Source: Candidatus Zambryskiibacteriota bacterium
GTDB taxonomy: Bacteria; Patescibacteriota; Minisyncoccia; Phycocordibacterales; DATDWN01
Direction of reading: 5' to 3'
Length of the DNA: 64,000 nt
Assembly: GCA_023267045.1 (NCBI GenBank)
Contig: JAHFOB010000002.1
Location: 2,032-66,031 of the forward strand
This document shows positions 48,965 to 58,373 of this stretch, piece by piece. The translations under genes were made by a program, and so were the position numbers. Within the stretch, counting starts at the first letter, position 1. The number at the start of each line of letters is the position of its first letter. The notes below the pieces were generated by a model, which did not search any database, was not told where the DNA came from, and was given only the letters and a program-made list of their open reading frames with translations.

Positions 48965-49729
48965 TTATTTAATACCAATTATTAAATCATCTCTTGTGTC
49001 ATCTGGTATTAGAATGTAAACATTTTTAAATCCAGCGACTTTCATTTGTTCAACAAGTTCTTCTTTTGTTATGAGATAACTTTTTCTTACTACCTCTCCT
49101 TCACTCAAATCACTTTCAACTCTCGTGGTCCATGTGTTTATTCTTTTACCCCAGTCAAATGTTGATTTCCAAATAGTGTGATATTGCTCACCATTTCTTT
49201 CTGAATCAAAAGTCCTATCAGAACCTTTGTAACTTGGTACATAATGTTTACCTAATCCTATGACAACGAGTCCATTATCCTTTGTAGCTTCAAAAAAACT
49301 TTTCAAACACATTTGTATTCTTGGAATAATGTTTTCTAATTTCTCCGGAGTTTCTCCACCCATCCAACCGTCCATATATACGAAGGAGTTATCTGCATTT
49401 ACAATCACATCAAATTTTTCAGATATTTTATTACCTAATTCCTGCCAAGAAGAATGATAAGCTGATATTTCCATTCCCTCTGATTTAAATTTCTCCTGTA
49501 ATTCCTTAGCGTATGTTTCGTTTCCATCGGTAACACTTAGATTTGTAAATCCTAACTTATATAAATCGAAGGTAGGAAAACCTGTGCCTCCAGCAGTATC
49601 CAGTATTTTAAGATTTTTATCTTTCAAAACAAAAGCTAGAGCTTTTGAATAATTAGTACGATACTGCTCGTCATGTAAAGCATTTCCTGCAATTTCCCAA
49701 ACTTGTGATTGTGTGAGTTCTTTTTTCAT
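48965..49729 (-). CDS. class I SAM-dependent methyltransferase (glycine/sarcosine MT-like)
   Basis: ILDTAGGTG, TDG, W.EL..FDVIVN..NSF. Confidence 0.85.
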   Translation of the reverse strand: MKKELTQSQVWEIAGNALHDEQYRTNYSKALAFVLKDKNLKILDTAGGTGFPTFDLYKLGFTNLSVTDGNETYAKELQEKFKSEGMEISAYHSSWQELGNKISEKFDVIVNADNSFVYMDGWMGGETPEKLENIIPRIQMCLKSFFEATKDNGLVVIGLGKHYVPSYKGSDRTFDSERNGEQYHTIWKSTFDWGKRINTWTTRVESDLSEGEVVRKSYLITKEELVEQMKVAGFKNVYILIPDDTRDDLIIGIK

Positions 49730-49732
49730 AAT

Positions 49733-50263
49733 TTAATTGTTTTTAATAAATGGCTCTACATTCTTTATGATTTCTTGAATGTCATTATATTTGTGGTCTT
49801 CACCTGGTAATTCTAACAAATTATAATTTTTAACACCTGATTTATTTAACACTTCCCTTAAAACAGTAGAAGATGTTGTTCTATCATTTGTTTGTTGAAT
49901 AAAGAGACTCGGAATAGCAAAGTTATTTAATAACTCATCCATGTCCCACCCATTTTCCTTACTCCATTCATAAGCTGTGCCGGCAAAAATACATTTGATT
50001 GGTTTTATATACCCATTGCGTATAGCTTGAAGCGTAAGTGCGACTCCTACAGATTTGGCAAAAATTACAAGATCATTTTTTCCTTCCGCTAATTTTTTTA
50101 AGTTTTCTACTTCTGACCTAATATCAACATCTTCTTTATAATCTTTCCAATTTTCATAATAAAGAATCTCTACTGAATTGAACAAACCTCCGAATGTTTT
50201 TCGGATATTTTCTACCCATTCTTTATTATAATCACTGTAGCCCCCAAGGATAATAAGATTCAT
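49733..50263 (-). CDS. alpha/beta hydrolase fold protein
   Basis: IFAKSVG elbow, ND, GEDH. Confidence 0.8.
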   Translation of the reverse strand: MNLIILGGYSDYNKEWVENIRKTFGGLFNSVEILYYENWKDYKEDVDIRSEVENLKKLAEGKNDLVIFAKSVGVALTLQAIRNGYIKPIKCIFAGTAYEWSKENGWDMDELLNNFAIPSLFIQQTNDRTTSSTVLREVLNKSGVKNYNLLELPGEDHKYNDIQEIIKNVEPFIKNN

Positions 50264-50267
50264 GTAT

Positions 50268-52103
50268 TTAATTTAGAGTTGGGTTATACACCTTTTCAAA
50301 CGCATATATACCAATAATCTCCACCAAAACATCATTTATATTGCCATAAAATGCCTCTGTTTGCATTCTTGCTTCATCGTTACCCAAAAGACCTTCAATG
50401 AACTCTTTTTTGTATACACTCTGAAGAAGTGGTGATGACAACATACTTTCCTTATTTTTTTCAATGATGTCAAAAAGTTCCTCACTATAATTCTTCTTTT
50501 TTGGTCCAGGACTTTTTACTCTGTAGACAATCTCATGTGGTAATTTATCCTCCAACATTTTTCTGAATAAATGTCGTCCAGAAGTAGTAGATGCGATATG
50601 AGTTTTATAATCACATTTGTCCGCAAACTCTACGAGTAGTCTATTCACAGTAGGGACCCTGACCTCAATTCCTGAATGCATTCCGAATTTATCTTCACTC
50701 GCAAGCATTGTTGGTAACATATTCTCCCTTATAAATGCCGTGATAAGTTTCTGTTGATTTTCCTGCTGTCCGATGTCACCAAAAACACTTTTTACGTATT
50801 CTGTTGAAGTTAATTCTGCGTCCTTAGTAAATTGATCCGAAAGACCTGATAGTTTTAATGCGTTGAGTTTCTTAAAATAGTCTATGACATTTTCAGTGTT
50901 AAATACTCCTTCTCTGTAAAAAATGCTCATCCAATAATCGAGAGGATAATAACCATAAAAGACTTCGTCAGCACCTTGTCCATTAAAACAAACTTTCAAC
51001 CCAGCTTTTTTAACGGCTTGGTAGTTTTTTAGCTTGGTAATATAACGAATATCCACCACTGGTTCTTCTCTGGCAATAGTCGCTTCCATGAAATCCTCAA
51101 GAGTAAATGGGTCATCAAGGTTTAGTTCGTGCGGTTCAAAAACATTTCCGTATTTCTCAGAAAGAATTCCTAACAATTTTTGAGTATACTCTAAATCTGT
51201 CTTCTCACCTCGTTTATTAAAGTAGTATGTAAACGTTGGTATTATTTTCTCCTTCTCTACTAGGTATGGAGTAGCTAGTGTTGAAATAAAAGTACTGTCT
51301 ATACCACCAGAGAGAATCATTCCGATTGGTACATCACTTCGTGTTTCCCAATGAATAGCTTTGTCTGCAATAACACTGAAATCGTTCTCGATTTTTGAAA
51401 TATCTTCTGTAATGGACGTTTTAAAATCTGGAATGTAATAAGCCTCCTTATTTTTTACAGCTCCACTTGAATCTAAAATTAAATAATTACCTGGTTCTAA
51501 GCTCTGAATACTTTTGAAAAAAGACTTTGTTTTCTGACTACCAATAAAGCGATCGAGAAATAGGTGAGTCTGTAACATTGAATGATCCAGTTGTGCAGGA
51601 ACATAGTTCAGTATGGAAGCAATTTCAGATGAAAAAATAAACTTTTCTTTATCGTGATAATAGAAGAGGGGTTTTACACCAACTCTATCTCTAGCAACAA
51701 TATATTCTTTTTTCTGGGAGTCATAGAAACAGAAGCCGTATATTCCGTTTACTTCTTGCAAGAAATCAATTCCTTTATGGGTCAGTCCAGCAATTAAAAC
51801 CTCAGTGTCCCCAGTTGTTTTAAATTCATAGCCTTCTTTTCTCAAGTCCTCTCGTAATTCTATGAAGTTATATATTTCACCATTGAACACAAGCCAATTG
51901 TCATGATAATGGAATGGTTGCATAGCTTCAATTTTCAAATCTTGAATTGATAGCCAGTTAAAACCAAATAAACAGTTTTCGTTGATCTTCTCTACCAAAG
52001 AACCATCCGGACCCCTGTGTTTTGATTTTTCTAGAGCACGTTCAAATACCTCTTTGTCTAGGTTTGATTGGTTTTCTGAGATTATGCCGATTATTCCACA
52101 CAT
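50268..52103 (-). CDS. asparagine synthase (glutamine-hydrolysing)-like amidotransferase
   Basis: MCGI, HRGPDG, FNGEIYNF, RDRVGVKPL, LSGGIDS, GQGADEVF.GY, EVRVP. Confidence 0.92.
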   Translation of the reverse strand: MCGIIGIISENQSNLDKEVFERALEKSKHRGPDGSLVEKINENCLFGFNWLSIQDLKIEAMQPFHYHDNWLVFNGEIYNFIELREDLRKEGYEFKTTGDTEVLIAGLTHKGIDFLQEVNGIYGFCFYDSQKKEYIVARDRVGVKPLFYYHDKEKFIFSSEIASILNYVPAQLDHSMLQTHLFLDRFIGSQKTKSFFKSIQSLEPGNYLILDSSGAVKNKEAYYIPDFKTSITEDISKIENDFSVIADKAIHWETRSDVPIGMILSGGIDSTFISTLATPYLVEKEKIIPTFTYYFNKRGEKTDLEYTQKLLGILSEKYGNVFEPHELNLDDPFTLEDFMEATIAREEPVVDIRYITKLKNYQAVKKAGLKVCFNGQGADEVFYGYYPLDYWMSIFYREGVFNTENVIDYFKKLNALKLSGLSDQFTKDAELTSTEYVKSVFGDIGQQENQQKLITAFIRENMLPTMLASEDKFGMHSGIEVRVPTVNRLLVEFADKCDYKTHIASTTSGRHLFRKMLEDKLPHEIVYRVKSPGPKKKNYSEELFDIIEKNKESMLSSPLLQSVYKKEFIEGLLGNDEARMQTEAFYGNINDVLVEIIGIYAFEKVYNPTLN

Positions 52104-52107
52104 ATAT

Positions 52108-54252
52108 TTATATAATTTTAATTACACCTGAGTCTGCATTTACTTCTACCTTATCTCCATCTTTTAAAACTTTTGTCGCTATTTTTGTCGCAATGATACA
52201 GGGTTTATTAAGCTCTCGAGCAATTATGGCCGCATGACAGGTAACACCTCCTTCATTAGTGATTATAGCAGAAACTTTAGATAGGATCTGAGTAAATTCT
52301 GGTCGTGTCATAGATGTAACCAATATATCTCCATCAACTATTTTATGAAAATCATTTCGAGATAATACTATCTTTACTGGACCAACTACTTTCCCAGGCA
52401 TCGCAGAGACGCCTTTTATTGTTTTTACATTGTCGCCAACTTCAACATTTTTAACAATTGCTTTCCATTCATCGTGAGATATATCTATCAAGCCATCATG
52501 AGTTACTTCGGCAAATCTTACACCCCCATAGTTTTTTAATGTCTCATTCTTATTCTGTTCAAACTCCTCTACAGTAGACATCACCGCTGTTTCTCGAGAA
52601 ATTTTATACTTACTACACTCTTGAATAAGATAGCGATCTAATAAACCATCAACAATTAAATTAGACTTCTTCCGTTCGTCTCGCATCATGGTCAAAAAGT
52701 CTATCCATTCCAACATAGTGTTTGGTTCCTGTAATTCAACCTCAGAATAACTAACATCTTCCTTCAAAATCTCGTTTTTTCTTTTTATAAAATCTTCTTC
52801 GGTCGTTCTGTATTCTCCAGAGTAGTCATTTTGAAGCCATGAATACTTGAGAGTATGCTCAGTTACTTTATCTTCAAAAGACTCCGACTCATTAAAAATC
52901 TGCTTCAACTCATACTTCTCTTTTTGTGCAAAAGAAAAGTATTTCTTTTCGAGTGTAGAAATATTAATTCCTTCATTTTTGATGTATTTGTCAAAAGCAT
53001 AATCCAATGAGTAACCAATACCTATGGCAACACTATAAATCGCATCAAATTCTTGGTAAAAATCTTTTATATCACTAACAGTTTTATTTTTCAGGTCCTT
53101 GTAGTTTCTCTTCTCGAGTCTTTTATTTAACTCCAAGAGTTTTTGAGCTAAATCAAAAAGATAATTTTCAAATACGTGATCATTTTTCAGTAACAAATCA
53201 AAAAAGAAATCACCGTATTCTTCAAATGAGCTTTCAGGGGCATCAACGATCGTTGTCGTTCCATAACGAAATTTTACAAACCAACCACCCATTAAATACT
53301 TGTTATTATATTTTTGTTTTGGAGCATTTGCGGTAGAAGAATAGAAAAACGGGTATATTGGATTTTCAAAAGAAACAAACTTTTCTAAAGTTGTAATAGG
53401 TCTACTCTGTAGAATATAAAACTTGTCTTTTTCAAAAGCCCATTCAATATCACATGGAAAACCGAAATGGTTTTCAATTTGAATGACGATATCAGACAAC
53501 TCCATGATTTGTTCATCAGTTAGAGTTGGTTTATCAATAGGATTACTTTCGAGAATAGTTTTTGTATCTTTTTTTACCACATAACTATCGGGAGTAACCG
53601 ACCCAGATACGATAGCTTCACCAAGTCCATGCACTGCCTCTATAATGAGTTGATTTTTATCTTGCGTAACTGGGTGAACAGAGAAAGCAACGCCAGATAC
53701 AACGCTCTGTATCATTTTTTGTACGACAACGGCTACTGATATTTGAGTAGTGTGTAAACCTTTTTCAAAACGATAGAAAATGGCACGAGGAGTAAAAAGC
53801 GATGCCCAGCAATGCTGTATTTTTTCCACTAGATCTTTCTCGCTGATATTTAGAAAACTATCAAGTTGTCCTGCCCATGCATGTTCCTGACCATCTTCAC
53901 TTGTAGCTGAAGAACGAACGGCAACATATTCCGCATTGAGATTTTTGAATTGTTCTATAACCTCTGTTGCTATGTCCTCAGGTATTACAGCATTTTTAAT
54001 TAAACCTTGGATTTTCTCCGAAGCATTCTCGACTGCATGTATTTCTTTGTGATTAACAGCATCTAGAATTGAATCTATTTTTTGAGTTAAATCTGTCTCG
54101 TTGAGGAAGCGATCAAAAGTGCTGGAAAGCACAACAAAACCTTCTGGGACAGAAATGCCTAGTTGGACCATCTCGCCCAAAGAAGAACCTTTTCCGCCAG
54201 CGATATCAACATCATTTTTGTTAATCTTTTGGAATGGTCGAATTAGCTCCAT
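52108..54252 (-). CDS. PEP-synthase/dikinase-like protein (ATP-grasp + swivel phosphohistidine domain)
   Basis: AGGKG.SLGE, AVRSSA..ED, DIEWA..LQSRPIT; GGVTCHAAIIARE. Confidence 0.9.
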   Translation of the reverse strand: MELIRPFQKINKNDVDIAGGKGSSLGEMVQLGISVPEGFVVLSSTFDRFLNETDLTQKIDSILDAVNHKEIHAVENASEKIQGLIKNAVIPEDIATEVIEQFKNLNAEYVAVRSSATSEDGQEHAWAGQLDSFLNISEKDLVEKIQHCWASLFTPRAIFYRFEKGLHTTQISVAVVVQKMIQSVVSGVAFSVHPVTQDKNQLIIEAVHGLGEAIVSGSVTPDSYVVKKDTKTILESNPIDKPTLTDEQIMELSDIVIQIENHFGFPCDIEWAFEKDKFYILQSRPITTLEKFVSFENPIYPFFYSSTANAPKQKYNNKYLMGGWFVKFRYGTTTIVDAPESSFEEYGDFFFDLLLKNDHVFENYLFDLAQKLLELNKRLEKRNYKDLKNKTVSDIKDFYQEFDAIYSVAIGIGYSLDYAFDKYIKNEGINISTLEKKYFSFAQKEKYELKQIFNESESFEDKVTEHTLKYSWLQNDYSGEYRTTEEDFIKRKNEILKEDVSYSEVELQEPNTMLEWIDFLTMMRDERKKSNLIVDGLLDRYLIQECSKYKISRETAVMSTVEEFEQNKNETLKNYGGVRFAEVTHDGLIDISHDEWKAIVKNVEVGDNVKTIKGVSAMPGKVVGPVKIVLSRNDFHKIVDGDILVTSMTRPEFTQILSKVSAIITNEGGVTCHAAIIARELNKPCIIATKIATKVLKDGDKVEVNADSGVIKII

Positions 54253-54344
54253 AATTAAGCAAATTTTAACACATTTTCAACCTTTTTGTCCCAACAAAAA
54301 ATGGCGGTAACCCATGACGGGACCGCCGTTTAATGTTATCTCCT

Positions 54345-55040
54345 CTATCTCCGTGATGTCATAAGAAATGACGATATCAGTTCCGATGCATCAAATTTGG
54401 AACATGACTCTGCTTCCTGTAGCCATCGTTCTCGTTCAGTTGGACTGGCAATACGTTCGAATATAAGGGACGTCAGCAAATCCTTTTGTTTTGCTGTAAT
54501 TGGTTCATCTTCACCACCTTCGTATTTCTTGGGAAAGAAATTGCTGGAGCCATTGTTTACACTCTGGACCGTTTCCTCCTGAATTACTTCAGGTGAAATG
54601 TCTTCGAGATCGCTAGTAAAGATGTCTGAGAGTCCTGTGGAGCGAATGACGGCATCTATGAAAGCTGATTTTTGCGCCATCTTCACTGTCTTGTTGGCAT
54701 CGTTGCCATGACTCTTTAGCACTGCCGCACCACGACCCTGACCTACCGTTTCCCCGGACCGAGTGAGTGTGCAGACATATGCTAACAACCCCTCTACACT
54801 CCTAAATGACTCTATGGTATCGGCATCCTTTGTGAATGTGGCAACTAGCGAGTATATCGTGGCTAGTTTCTCTGCACCGGCTTTGCCGAGCGACTGACGA
54901 CCCTTGATAGTGTAGTAGTCTCGATTCTCCACAAGCTTTGGGAGTATCTTCTGAATGAAGTAATCCCGTTTCTGCAACAGTGAATCAACTCCAGTTTTGA
55001 ATTGGGCGATGCTATCTGAAGCAATGAGTGCTGTATTCAT
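54345..55040 (-). CDS. phage/mobile-element type hypothetical protein
   Basis: SLGKAGAEKL, NKTVKMAQKSAFIDAV..TGLSDIFT.DLED resembles phage recombination-region proteins. Confidence 0.7.
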   Translation of the reverse strand: MNTALIASDSIAQFKTGVDSLLQKRDYFIQKILPKLVENRDYYTIKGRQSLGKAGAEKLATIYSLVATFTKDADTIESFRSVEGLLAYVCTLTRSGETVGQGRGAAVLKSHGNDANKTVKMAQKSAFIDAVIRSTGLSDIFTSDLEDISPEVIQEETVQSVNNGSSNFFPKKYEGGEDEPITAKQKDLLTSLIFERIASPTERERWLQEAESCSKFDASELISSFLMTSRR

Positions 55041-55354
55041 GATGTTTTATTCTTTTCAACTTGTTTGTAATAGAACAGGAACACGTTTCGCTTAATGCGT
55101 TTGACGATATTCCCGTTATTGTCCTTCACTTCGACAAAAGTGACGGATCGAATAGCTCTCTCTCCTTTACGAACTACATAACCAAGAGATAGCCATTTAG
55201 CGAACGTAAGAGTGTTGTGGTGTGGGTCGTACTTTTCGACCTCGTCATCACCCCAGCGACTCTTTATTTCCGAAGCGACCAGATCGTAGGTAGTTTCGGA
55301 GCCGGTATAGCCTGAGATTGGCGGACCAGCCATTATTTGCTTGAAACTTTTCAT
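55037..55354 (-). CDS. ArdC N-terminal (ssDNA-binding)-like protein
   Basis: LTFAKWLSLGYVVRKGERA...LF...QV. Confidence 0.75.
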   Translation of the reverse strand: MKSFKQIMAGPPISGYTGSETTYDLVASEIKSRWGDDEVEKYDPHHNTLTFAKWLSLGYVVRKGERAIRSVTFVEVKDNNGNIVKRIKRNVFLFYYKQVEKNKTS

Positions 55355-55625
55355 GTATGTCTATGCATGTGCAACGCATACCTCGACTATGGAATGCAAA
55401 GGGCTTGTGTTGTGTTAGTAATTAAGTCCTTCATAAATCAAAGTGGTAATGAGTTGTGGGGTGGCTGGAGGGGTGATTTGTCATTTTTAAGGACAGAGAT
55501 AGGGACCGTATGATAAGGGACTCGAATGGGTCCCTTTTTGGTTTCAGAAATCAATGGTCATAAAAAATTTTCTGCAAAAAATTCCAAAATGAGTAAGTCA
55601 TAAAGGACTGAGATACGATTGAGGT

Positions 55626-56192
55626 ATGACTACTAAAGAAAGACATTTCGTAGAAGACTGCTTTTTTCTTAGGCCTAAGGATGCCTTAATGGGCCTTAGG
55701 GTAGATAAGATAGTGGGAAAAGAGAATACTAATACTACTAATAAGCCGGGAGAGCTCTATCTATGGTTTGAAGAGGACCTAATTGATCCAAATATTGTAC
55801 ATGTCAGCGTGAATGGCAATGAGCCCCAGAAGCTTGTTCTGGAGTACATTAATGCTACTTATGGTCAAAGATGCTATCTCATTTGTAATTGTGGTCACAG
55901 AGTCGCCAAATTGCATTTAACGCCACATGGTAAAGAATTTCGCTGCAGAGTATGTCTAAATTTGAGATACCGGATTTCAGTAACAAACTCTAGGTCTATT
56001 GCTGGTGGAGCTTTACATAACTTCAGCAGGATAAGTAAGTTAATGGAAATGCGAGAAAGAATCGATAGGATATTTTACAGAGGTCGTTTTACTAAGAGAT
56101 ACAAGCGTTTTTTGATGTTGTGCGGTAAGGCAGGGCTCAATAGTGAGGTTGATCGTGCGCAAAATCTACTTGAAACAATCAAATCTCATTAG
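55626..56192 (+). CDS. Zn-finger hypothetical protein
   Basis: CNCGHRV..L......FRCRVCLNLRY. Confidence 0.7.
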   Translation: MTTKERHFVEDCFFLRPKDALMGLRVDKIVGKENTNTTNKPGELYLWFEEDLIDPNIVHVSVNGNEPQKLVLEYINATYGQRCYLICNCGHRVAKLHLTPHGKEFRCRVCLNLRYRISVTNSRSIAGGALHNFSRISKLMEMRERIDRIFYRGRFTKRYKRFLMLCGKAGLNSEVDRAQNLLETIKSH

Positions 56193-56331
56193 ATTAATAC
56201 AAAGCCAGTAGATTACCGATTTTTATAATGTGTAGAACTACCAAAAGGTCTATTTGAGGGGTAAAAGACCCAACCCAGCCGGACGTTTTCTATTTTCTAG
56301 AATATTTTCTCTCTATTTCGGGTTATTTCCC

Positions 56332-56360
56332 TTGACAAATGGAAAAGAAGGGAGTACATT
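56332..56360 (+). promoter_or_regulatory. sigma70-type promoter upstream of long structured leader of integrase 2
   Basis: TTGACA-17bp-TACATT. Confidence 0.6.
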
Positions 56361-56758
56361 TATCAGCAGGAGGAGCAAAGGTTTCTCCGGCAGAACAATA
56401 AAATCTGGTTTTATGGAGGGCAGGAGGTTAAATCAATTACCTCGCCCCGGTAGCACTTATAAGCAAGCTACTTAAATTGATTTCTATCATAAGAGGCCTA
56501 CATACTCTTACGGTTAGTAACGAAAGCGACCCTTTGAGACGTTAGTCGGGTCAAAGCGTAGTAGGCAACGCAAACAATGTCCCCAGAAGTGATGTGTTTA
56601 TGAGTTAATCTCGTAAATAGATCATTAAGCGGGGACTTTTTCATTTCCGCATATATTGCATTGTCGGTGAAGTCATTATCACCAATGCAGTCGCCTCAGT
56701 CTGAAGCGGCTCCTCTACTGTAAACCAAGGGTCACTACACTTGGTAAATGAGACATAC

Positions 56759-57748
56759 ATGCGAACTAAAAAGAAGGATGTAGCTGTTATCCAAAAAGAT
56801 CCGCTGAATTCGCTAAATCCAGATCGTCTGGATGAGCTTTTTGATCAGTTTATGACGGAAAAGAAATATGTGACACTACTTCGCCCTGCTACCTTGATTG
56901 GGTATAGAGCATCGTATGACCTTTTTAGAAAACTCTCGTATGTCACAATTGATTCACTCACCACAAAATCGCTGACTAATTTTTTCAAGGAGATGCAAAC
57001 CAGAACTAGAATTGTTGGTAAGGGGGTTGAGAAAATTGGTGTTAAGGATTCAACCATAGCAACATATGCTATGAAGCTTAATGTATTTTTTGAGTGGTTA
57101 GTTCAAGAAAAACATATCATTGAAAATCCAATCAAAAAATTGCCAAAATACAGACCAGTCTATGATGACAAAAGAGCCTTACGCAAAGGAGATATCGAAT
57201 ATATCAGAACAGCAATTGAAAACCACTCCACTACTTTGCTACAAAAGAAGAGAGATCAAACGATGCTCGCTGTACTTCTGTTTTGTGGGATAAGAAGAGG
57301 AGAACTACTTGGCTTGAAAGTGACTGATATCGACCTGGAAAAAAGGCAACTGATAATTAGAGGCGAAACATCGAAATCAAAGCGTACGAAAATTTTACCG
57401 ATTACCAATAAAATATTAGCAATGGCTTTACAAGATTATTTGAATGAGAGAAAAAATTACAAAACTCCGCAATTATTTGTTTCGTTAAATACTGACAAAG
57501 GACTAAGCTACGAAGGATTCAAACATTGGATTGACAGGTTGGAACTATTGTCTGGTGTAAAATTTCATTCGCATCGATTTCGTCATACCTTTGCTACAAA
57601 TCTTGAAGCTAACGATGTTGGCATTATAAAGATTTCAAAACTTATGGGTCATAAAGATACAAGAATGACTCAAGTGTATCTTCGCTCGATGGGATCAGAG
57701 GACTTAGGACCAGAGATGAGTACCCTGACATTTGACAACTTGATATAA
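56759..57748 (+). CDS. tyrosine recombinase/integrase 2
   Basis: CGIRRGE, SKSKR, HRFRHTFAT, MGHKDTRMTQVY. Confidence 0.95.
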   Translation: MRTKKKDVAVIQKDPLNSLNPDRLDELFDQFMTEKKYVTLLRPATLIGYRASYDLFRKLSYVTIDSLTTKSLTNFFKEMQTRTRIVGKGVEKIGVKDSTIATYAMKLNVFFEWLVQEKHIIENPIKKLPKYRPVYDDKRALRKGDIEYIRTAIENHSTTLLQKKRDQTMLAVLLFCGIRRGELLGLKVTDIDLEKRQLIIRGETSKSKRTKILPITNKILAMALQDYLNERKNYKTPQLFVSLNTDKGLSYEGFKHWIDRLELLSGVKFHSHRFRHTFATNLEANDVGIIKISKLMGHKDTRMTQVYLRSMGSEDLGPEMSTLTFDNLI

Positions 57749-57930
57749 GTCTAATTTTTTAATATAATATGAGCACATTATTAGTTAATTTGCAGTCTGT
57801 TGTTGTAAATATTTCATGGACTTTCCTAGGTAGGAAACAGGTCATTGCAACGGTATGAATTTAAGGAACCAAATCACAATTTTACCGCTTAAATAAAGGA
57901 TATTTCAAGAGAAATAGGGGTACTAGTTTC

Positions 57931-57972
57931 TTTGCAATGAGGGGGTGGCAGGTTCGAGTCCTGTAGGGTCCA
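57931..57972 (+). tRNA. 3' half of interrupted tRNA-Ala(TGC) (attR)
   Basis: TTTGCAA-TGAGG-GGGTG-GCAGG-TTCGAGT-CCTGT-AGGGTCC-A; TGAGG and AGGGTCC pair with CCTCA and GGGCCCT of the 5' half. Confidence 0.92.
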
Positions 57973-58122
57973 CTGACAACACAAACTATCCCGCCTGCGC
58001 GGGATTTTGTGCGTCAGTGGAAGACAGAGTCATGTTTTTATACCAATAAAAACGGACGAGTCAGGGTCGTGGAAATTTTGTTTTGACGAAAATAAAATTA
58101 TTCCTGACCACAAAATGTATTA

Positions 58123-58166
58123 GGAAAATAGTGGCTGACCCCATTTTCCCTGACCCCATTTTCCCC
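58123..58166. repeat. REP-like hairpin repeat
   Basis: GGAAAATAGTGGCTGACCCCATTTTCC plus tandem TGACCCCATTTTCCCC. Confidence 0.7.
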
Positions 58167-58251
58167 ATCTTCTAAATAAATCATTGCTATGGTATTGTTT
58201 TGTTACAACTAAATAAGTTAAAGTAGCCTAAACCAAGTAATTGGCATGGTG

Positions 58252-58358
58252 AAAAGCCCAGTAACGAATAAAAAACCCATCATGCGGGCTTGTCGTTACT
58301 GGCCATATCGGGAAACCGGTATGGGGAGCTTCGGCTCCCACCCTGTGGTGGGCTTTTT
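58252..58358 (+). ncRNA. compact multi-stem structured element
   Basis: AAAAGCCCA/TGGGCTTTT closing CCAGTAACGA/TCGTTACTGG, CCATATCGG-GAAA-CCGGTATGG, GGGAGC-TTCG-GCTCCC. Confidence 0.6.
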
Positions 58359-58373
58359 GTATAAATAAAAAAT

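Larger units (their letters stand above)
45086..57938. mobile_element. 12.8-kb integrative element in tRNA-Ala anticodon loop
   Basis: 8-bp direct repeat TTTGCAAT at 45086-45093 and 57931-57938 joins the two tRNA halves; a tyrosine recombinase at each end. Confidence 0.92.

Noticed and set aside
45094-57930. Self-splicing intron in tRNA-Ala
   Set aside because: 12.8 kb long, with a duplicated 8-bp core and integrases, and no group I core seen; integration explains it better
45086-57938. Prophage
   Set aside because: No terminase, capsid, tail or lysis genes recognised
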